Assembly (NCBI GenBank): GCA_026387355.1
Contig: JAPLLW010000006.1
Location: forward strand, 23,362-87,361
Direction of reading: 5' to 3'
DNA from: Candidatus Omnitrophota bacterium
GTDB lineage: Bacteria; Omnitrophota; Gorgyraeia; Gygaellales; Profunditerraquicolaceae
DNA: 64,000 nucleotides
A program made the translations under genes and the position numbers. This document shows positions 58,938-64,000 of the stretch, piece after piece. Position 1 is the stretch's first letter. Every line of letters begins with the position of its first letter. The notes beneath the pieces were generated by a model. It made no database searches, was not told the origin of the DNA, and saw only the letters and a program-made list of their open reading frames with translations.

Positions 58938-59831
58938 ATGAAGAAGTTTTTTTTGGTTTTCTGTTTATTGTTCTTTTCTGTGATGAATCTTTTTTCGGGT
59001 GAGACGGGAAAAATATCAGGATATCCATCAATCTACCAATATAAAGAGACACAGAATCTTGTTTCTTTAGTAAGGGATGCGGCTGTTCTTATTAAAAATC
59101 AGGGTGAAGCTGTTTTTCCTGAGTTTGAAAAAGAGGGGAGCAAATGGCGGCATGGGGATACATATATTTTTATATTGGATAGCGAAGGCGATATGATTTT
59201 GCATCCTGATTCTGCATTAGAGGGGAAGAAGCAGATCGAGCTTAAAGATGTCAACAATAAGCTCATAATAAAAGGTTTTATCAAAGAAACTGCAAACAAA
59301 AATGGGGAAGGGTGGTTTCATTATCAGTGGCCTGAACCCGGCAGTATTCTCCCTCTATGGAAGAGCTCTTTTGTAAAGCTTGTTATTGCGCCTTCGGGTA
59401 AAAGATATATCGTTGGCAGCGGATTATATAACATGAGAATGGAAAAAGAGTTTATCGTTGCGGTTGTAAACTCTGCTGTGTTATTAATCGAAAAAGAAGG
59501 AAGGCGGGCGTTTTCGAAGATTCGCGACAAAGCTGGTCCGTTTTCATTTTTGGATACATATGTTTTTATAGATAGCCCTGATGGCGTTGAGTTGGTAAAC
59601 GGCTCTTTTTTGAATATAGAAGGCAGAAATTTAATAGATTATAAAGATAGCAACGGAAAATATCTTGTCCGCGATTATATTAACATAGCTTTGACCAAGG
59701 GGGCAGGGTGGTTAGATTATCTTTGGCCTAAACCCGGGCAGTCTATTCCTTCAAAGAAACATACATATGTTAGGAAGGCAAAATACGGCGATGAAATATT
59801 TATAGTAGGGTCTGGGGCGTATTTAGAGTAA
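58938..59831 (+). CDS. Periplasmic protein with two tandem single-Cache domains and no output domain
   Basis: Signal peptide; two repeats of DTY.F...G....D.NG/NN....GW..Y.WP.PG....K....IVGSG.Y. Confidence 0.8.
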   Translation: MKKFFLVFCLLFFSVMNLFSGETGKISGYPSIYQYKETQNLVSLVRDAAVLIKNQGEAVFPEFEKEGSKWRHGDTYIFILDSEGDMILHPDSALEGKKQIELKDVNNKLIIKGFIKETANKNGEGWFHYQWPEPGSILPLWKSSFVKLVIAPSGKRYIVGSGLYNMRMEKEFIVAVVNSAVLLIEKEGRRAFSKIRDKAGPFSFLDTYVFIDSPDGVELVNGSFLNIEGRNLIDYKDSNGKYLVRDYINIALTKGAGWLDYLWPKPGQSIPSKKHTYVRKAKYGDEIFIVGSGAYLE

Positions 59832-60025
59832 TTTTGAGCTTGTTTATACCCATAAAGCCGCTGTAGCATTATCTGATATAGCGAGAGGCTTCTTCTCATG
59901 TTATATATATAGGTAAGATCGTGGCCTATATTAATTTTTGTTCGACAGTTAAATACAAGCGTGTATAATGTGCCTATTGATGAGTTTTTATCTAGTTTGT
60001 TCAGTTTGTTATCAAGGGAGGGGAG

Positions 60026-60184
60026 ATGAAAAATAGCAAAGTAATCGGGTTACTGTTGCTGACTTTGGCGATTTTTACAATCGTGGGCATGGTGATTAAT
60101 AATAGTGTTTATTGGAGTATCTATAATTACGCAACAATAATATTTTCTCTGCTTGGTGGCTTTGTTCTATTAAAGCAAAAATAA
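60026..60184 (+). CDS. Small two-TM membrane protein (52 aa), absent from the ORF track
   Basis: MKNSKVIGLLLLTLAIFTIVGMVINNSVYWSIYNYATIIFSLLGGFVLLKQK; SD gggagg; upstream TATAAT. Confidence 0.65.
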   Translation: MKNSKVIGLLLLTLAIFTIVGMVINNSVYWSIYNYATIIFSLLGGFVLLKQK

Positions 60185-60746
60185 GGGTTTGTGAATATCG
60201 AAAAGTAAGTTTATTGTCTAAAAAATAAGTAGTAGATGGGTGATAATACAATTTTATACGCTTTTGCCATTTCTACGCCGGTAGCTATCCTATAAACTTG
60301 CTTAACTTTGCTTAATAACTCTTACGGCTTAAAATAGATTTACTATACAATTATCCGCACCCGCACCTTTAAATATCACTAAAACTATTCAAAAACTCTC
60401 CAATAGTGTATCTGTTTTGGGTAAGTTTTGTAACAATGTTTGAAATTGAGAAGCCGCGCTTGTTTAAAAAAAATCAGTTTCTGGTTAGGGGTTACATTTA
60501 TTAAGGAGAGAGCTAAGCCTTGTTAAAATAACAAGTTCTGTTCAGTTATTGAATTGAAAGTTGTTTTATTCCGGAGAGTGAGTTGAGGATATTCAGATAA
60601 ATAAGTAGAAGAAGGGAGGGCATTTAGCAGAGATTGATATTTGAGGTGGATACATTCGGTAAATGCGACAATAAAGGATGAAAAGGTTGAGTACGTTTTA
60701 ATAATTAAGTGTTTAATATCCGCTTTTTTTTGTTTAATAAAATATG

Positions 60747-60775
60747 TTGACAAGATTTTTTTTTATTGATATAGT
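60747..60775 (+). promoter_or_regulatory. Promoter of the TPS operon (TTGACA-17-TATAGT) with T9 in the spacer
   Basis: Direct reading. Confidence 0.65.
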
Positions 60776-60826
60776 ACATCTAACTTTGTTTTCATATATT
60801 TTTATTATTAAACACTTTATAAATAA

Positions 60827-61615
60827 GTGAATATTAAAGAAAACTCTTTTCAAAAAGTTCTTATAAGGAAAACCCCGAAGATTCTTTTAATCCTCAGTTG
60901 CATTCTTTTTCTTACATCAATAAAACCCGATACTTTAGTTTTTTCTGCAAGCAATAACGAAGCTGTCTTAGCCAGAGAACAAGCAACTTTTGCTAAAAAA
61001 CAACAAGCTGAGCAGGTGCACCAACAGAAAATAGCTGCGCAAAAAGTCGCAGCTGAGCAGAAAAAGCAAGAAGCCTTTGCTAAGGAAGAACAGTTAAGAC
61101 GGAAAAAAGAACAAGAGCTTGCGAAAAATAAAGCCGCAGCTGATGCCAAAAAGCAAGCTGCCCTTGCAGAAAAAGAACAAAGAAATCAAGAAGCGCTTGC
61201 TAAAAAAGAACAAGCTGAGCAAGTGCGCCAACAGAAAATAGCTGAAGAAAAAAGTGCAGCTGATGCCAAAAAGCAGGCTGCCCTTGCAGAAAAAGAACAA
61301 AGAAATCAAGAGACGCTTGCTAAAAAAGAACAATTGAAGCAGGAGAAGGAAGAAAAGCTTACTGCGCAAAAAGCCGCAGCTGATCAGAAAAAGCAGGAAG
61401 CACTTGCTAAAAAACAACAAGCTGAGCAAGTGCGCCAACAGAAAATAGCAAAACAAAAAGCCGTAGAAAAGCAGAAAAAGCAAGAAGCCTTTGTTAAGGA
61501 AGAACAGTTAAAGCGGAAAAAAGAACAAGAGCTTGCGAAAAATAAAGCCGCAGCCAAACAGAAAGAGCAGAAAGCTTTAATGAAAAGTAAGTTAAAAAAT
61601 AAGCAGGATAAATGA
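60827..61615 (+). CDS. Exported K/E/Q/A-rich modular coiled-coil repeat protein (TolA-like composition)
   Basis: N-terminal hydrophobic segment, repeated AKKQQAEQVRQQKIA, KEEQL.RKKEQELAKNKAAA, DAKKQAALAEKEQRNQE. Confidence 0.7.
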   Translation: MNIKENSFQKVLIRKTPKILLILSCILFLTSIKPDTLVFSASNNEAVLAREQATFAKKQQAEQVHQQKIAAQKVAAEQKKQEAFAKEEQLRRKKEQELAKNKAAADAKKQAALAEKEQRNQEALAKKEQAEQVRQQKIAEEKSAADAKKQAALAEKEQRNQETLAKKEQLKQEKEEKLTAQKAAADQKKQEALAKKQQAEQVRQQKIAKQKAVEKQKKQEAFVKEEQLKRKKEQELAKNKAAAKQKEQKALMKSKLKNKQDK

Positions 61616-63528
61616 AGACCCCAAAATTTAATAAAATAGTATTTATATTAGTATTAATTAATACCTTTATATTAGGAGGTGTTGCAGCGCATGCGCAGTC
61701 GCCTTCAGTGCAAAAAATGAAAGATGAAGCGGCGCGTGAGCAGGCCTCTAGGGTACAAGAAATGAAAGAAGAAATAACTGCATTGCGCCAGAGAGTAAAT
61801 CAACTGGAAAAAGTCGTAACTGATCAGTCAAGTTCCCCTGCCCAGCAGAATTTAGTTGAAAAAGTAAACCAATTAGAGAAAACCATAGCTGATCAGGCAG
61901 AGCTTATTGCCCAACAGAAACAGGTATTAGATAAAATAATGGAAATTCCGGCAGTAAAAACCGCGCTCACTCCTCCTGAGCCAAAAACACTTGTCAAGGC
62001 CTTTGTTCTGGACGGAGTTAATTTATTCCAGCCCAAGCAGCTTGAGCCTATTCTTAAAAAATATAAGGATCAGGAATTAGGAATGAGCGACTTGAAGAAA
62101 ATCAGCGATGAAATCGGCGCATTCTATCGCAGTAAAGGTTATGTCTCAAGCATAGCTTATCTTCCCACCCAGGAGATTACTAACAATACCGTAGAATTTA
62201 AGGTGGTAGAAGGCCGCGTTGGAGACATCGAGGTTGAAAAACCAAAACACAGCAAGCGTTCCACAGTTGAAAAGAGATTCTTGGTAAAGAAGGGCGAAAT
62301 GATGAATTCTCAGAAGATAGAAGACAGCCTTGAACGTATCAACAAGAATCCAGATAGAACTATGCGCGCGGTGTTGACCCCCGGCAAAACTCCGGGAACT
62401 ACCGATATCTTATTAAAGGTAGAAAAAGAACGAACGCCGAACCATTTTTATGCTGATTTTAATAATCGCGGAACAAATGCTACTAATGAATTACGTTGGG
62501 GTTTAGGGTATATGAATACCAATCTTTTGGGTTTGGATGATATTTTCTCGGCGAAATTTATGGCCAGCCCTACCACTACCGATGTTTACAGCTTTAGCGG
62601 TGATTATAATTTACCGATAAATCGCTTTGATACCCGTATAGGCCTTTCCGCTGCTTTTGCCAAAGCTGATATCAACGGACAATTTGCGATTATTAGCCCT
62701 GAAGGTAAAGCTCACGCTTTAAGTCTTTACGTAACTCATCCACTCTTTAAAAAGGAATTTGTAGATGAAGAATCCACTGGCAGTCTTACTCTAGCAAGTA
62801 ATCTTACCGGAGGGTTTGATTCCATCGACGTGCATAACGAGGTTTTGGGTAATGAAACCAGTCATGATAAAATCAGCGCTTTTAAGGGAGGTATTAATTT
62901 TGACGAAAAAGACAGTATGGGCCGCGGTAGTTTTTCCGCAGAAGTCCGCGCTGGTATTCCTGATTTCCTAGGGTCGATGTCTAGATATGATGTTACTTCC
63001 AGCCGGGCTACTTCCGAGGCCGGCGGCGAATTCCAGAAATATAATTTGTTCTTAAACAGGATTACCTACCTGCCGTTTAATTCCGTATTTTTAAATACCT
63101 TTAGATTCCAATTTACTTCGGATCCTTTGGTTACTCCAGAACAGATGGCGATTGGTGGAGCTGATAGCGTTAGAGGTTTTCCGGAAAATGACTACCTTGC
63201 TGATTACGGCTGGATTGCGAATCTAGAATTAAGAAGCCCGGCATTTCTTATCCCGCCTACACTAAGGGTTCCTTTTGATAAAAAACGTACACGCTTAATG
63301 GACGCTATTCAATTTGTTTATTTTCTTGATGCAGGCGAAGGGCACCTTAATAATGCTGTGGTAGGGGAGATATCTAAAGCGTTTCTAGTTGGTACGGGTT
63401 TTGGTTTTCGTTTTGATTTGTATGAGCATTTGCGCGGTAGGGTAGATGTCGGCTTTCCGGTAGGGGGCGACAAACCAAGCGATGGTGCACCATGCAGGGT
63501 GCACTTTGGCTTGCAGTATGAATGGTAA
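61612..63528 (+). CDS. TpsB (ShlB/FhaC/HecB family) outer-membrane transporter
   Basis: Signal peptide, POTRA (Y.SKGY...AYLP.QEI, VVEG), GGA.SVRGF, C-terminal aromatic residue. Confidence 0.9.
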   Translation: MKTPKFNKIVFILVLINTFILGGVAAHAQSPSVQKMKDEAAREQASRVQEMKEEITALRQRVNQLEKVVTDQSSSPAQQNLVEKVNQLEKTIADQAELIAQQKQVLDKIMEIPAVKTALTPPEPKTLVKAFVLDGVNLFQPKQLEPILKKYKDQELGMSDLKKISDEIGAFYRSKGYVSSIAYLPTQEITNNTVEFKVVEGRVGDIEVEKPKHSKRSTVEKRFLVKKGEMMNSQKIEDSLERINKNPDRTMRAVLTPGKTPGTTDILLKVEKERTPNHFYADFNNRGTNATNELRWGLGYMNTNLLGLDDIFSAKFMASPTTTDVYSFSGDYNLPINRFDTRIGLSAAFAKADINGQFAIISPEGKAHALSLYVTHPLFKKEFVDEESTGSLTLASNLTGGFDSIDVHNEVLGNETSHDKISAFKGGINFDEKDSMGRGSFSAEVRAGIPDFLGSMSRYDVTSSRATSEAGGEFQKYNLFLNRITYLPFNSVFLNTFRFQFTSDPLVTPEQMAIGGADSVRGFPENDYLADYGWIANLELRSPAFLIPPTLRVPFDKKRTRLMDAIQFVYFLDAGEGHLNNAVVGEISKAFLVGTGFGFRFDLYEHLRGRVDVGFPVGGDKPSDGAPCRVHFGLQYEW

Positions 63529-63584
63529 TATAATAGCAGCGCTATATATAGGTAAGACGCATGAATAATATAGGAGAAATAAAA

Positions 63585-64000
63585 ATGGAAGATAAAAAGT
63601 TTAAGCAAATAAATCTGCTTACTTTCTATCCAATATTTGTATTATTAATTATCGGTCTGGTAGTTTATCCTCTTCCGGTAGCTTCCGGAGACGACCTCCC
63701 TGTAGGCCCGCAAGTTCAAGCTGGTGCTCCTACGATTACCACCGCAGGTAATGACATGACGGTTAATGCCAATCAATTTGATAAGACTTGGATTGACTGG
63801 CAGAGCTTTAATATCGGGGCACAAAACTCCGTAAACAATATCGGTCCTTCATCCAGCGCAGTTATTTTACACAATGACGTCAGCGGGGCAATTTCAAACA
63901 TTCAAGGCGCCTTAAATGGCAATTGTAACGTCTTCCTTTTAAATCCTAGCGGTATTCTTTTTGGTTCCGGTGCGCAGGTTAATGTCGGTGGCATGGTTGT
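63585..64000 (+). CDS. TpsA filamentous haemagglutinin-like exoprotein, N-terminal TPS domain (partial)
   Basis: Manual translation: signal peptide, LPVGPQVQAG, IDWQSFNIG, S.IQG.L, VFLLNPSGILFG.GAQVNVGG; SD aggag. Confidence 0.9.
   Translation, partial: MEDKKFKQINLLTFYPIFVLLIIGLVVYPLPVASGDDLPVGPQVQAGAPTITTAGNDMTVNANQFDKTWIDWQSFNIGAQNSVNNIGPSSSAVILHNDVSGAISNIQGALNGNCNVFLLNPSGILFGSGAQVNVGGMV

Noticed and set aside
53964-58938. Integron cassette array (GNAT-rich, co-oriented genes)
   Set aside because: I found no repeated attC-like RYYYAAC...GTTRRRY palindromes in the spacers and no intI; some genes overlap or nearly abut.
60185-60746. Riboswitch or ncRNA in the long intergenic region, and the 76-aa minus ORF at 60523-60753
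   Set aside because: No c-di-GMP, T-box or other motif was recognisable by eye, and the ORF has no SD or homology cues; an Rfam scan is needed.
60960-61560. Regularly spaced DNA repeats resembling a CRISPR array
   Set aside because: The repeats are in-frame coding modules of the coiled-coil protein, with no unique spacers and no cas genes.
599-63608. Many short antisense ORFs in the six-frame track
   Set aside because: They lie opposite well-supported genes and look like codon-bias shadows.

Overview
AT-rich bacterial chromosomal window from a diderm organism (Lol, Mla, Lpt and two-partner secretion genes). Gene content and order suggest a PVC-group lineage such as Omnitrophota; this is inference only. 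About 1-50.6 kb is dense housekeeping DNA: lysS-lolC/E-lolD-ilvE-mcsA-mcsB-clpC-mlaEFD-radA-PIN/TRAM-ispDF-cysES-tmk-holB-yaaT-metG-tatD-mtnA-thiL-tsaEB-alr, then lptFG/comF, pyrE, a Maf-M48 fusion, tRNA-Leu, smpB-tmRNA, amidase-murI-queDCEF-fumarase-rph-rdgB. At 50.6-53.3 kb lie tRNA-Pro, tRNA-Arg and tRNA-His, each with a partial duplicate of itself. An accessory region follows (PH-domain proteins, peptidase, GNATs, a stand-alone Cache protein) and then the start of a two-partner secretion locus. The main observations are: (1) a self-promoted Zn-finger HNH nuclease between a dead 5' half of tRNA-His and an intact tRNA-His with a different anticodon stem; (2) a 424-nt tmRNA whose tag frame is 34 codons, Met/Pro-rich and ends in AFGN; (3) repeated promoter geometry implying leaderless mRNAs; (4) small palindromic and heptamer repeats inserted into start codons and coding sequences; (5) a deacetylase gene that has lost its catalytic motif 1 through a frameshifting deletion. 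No CRISPR array, rRNA, integrase or transposase was seen.
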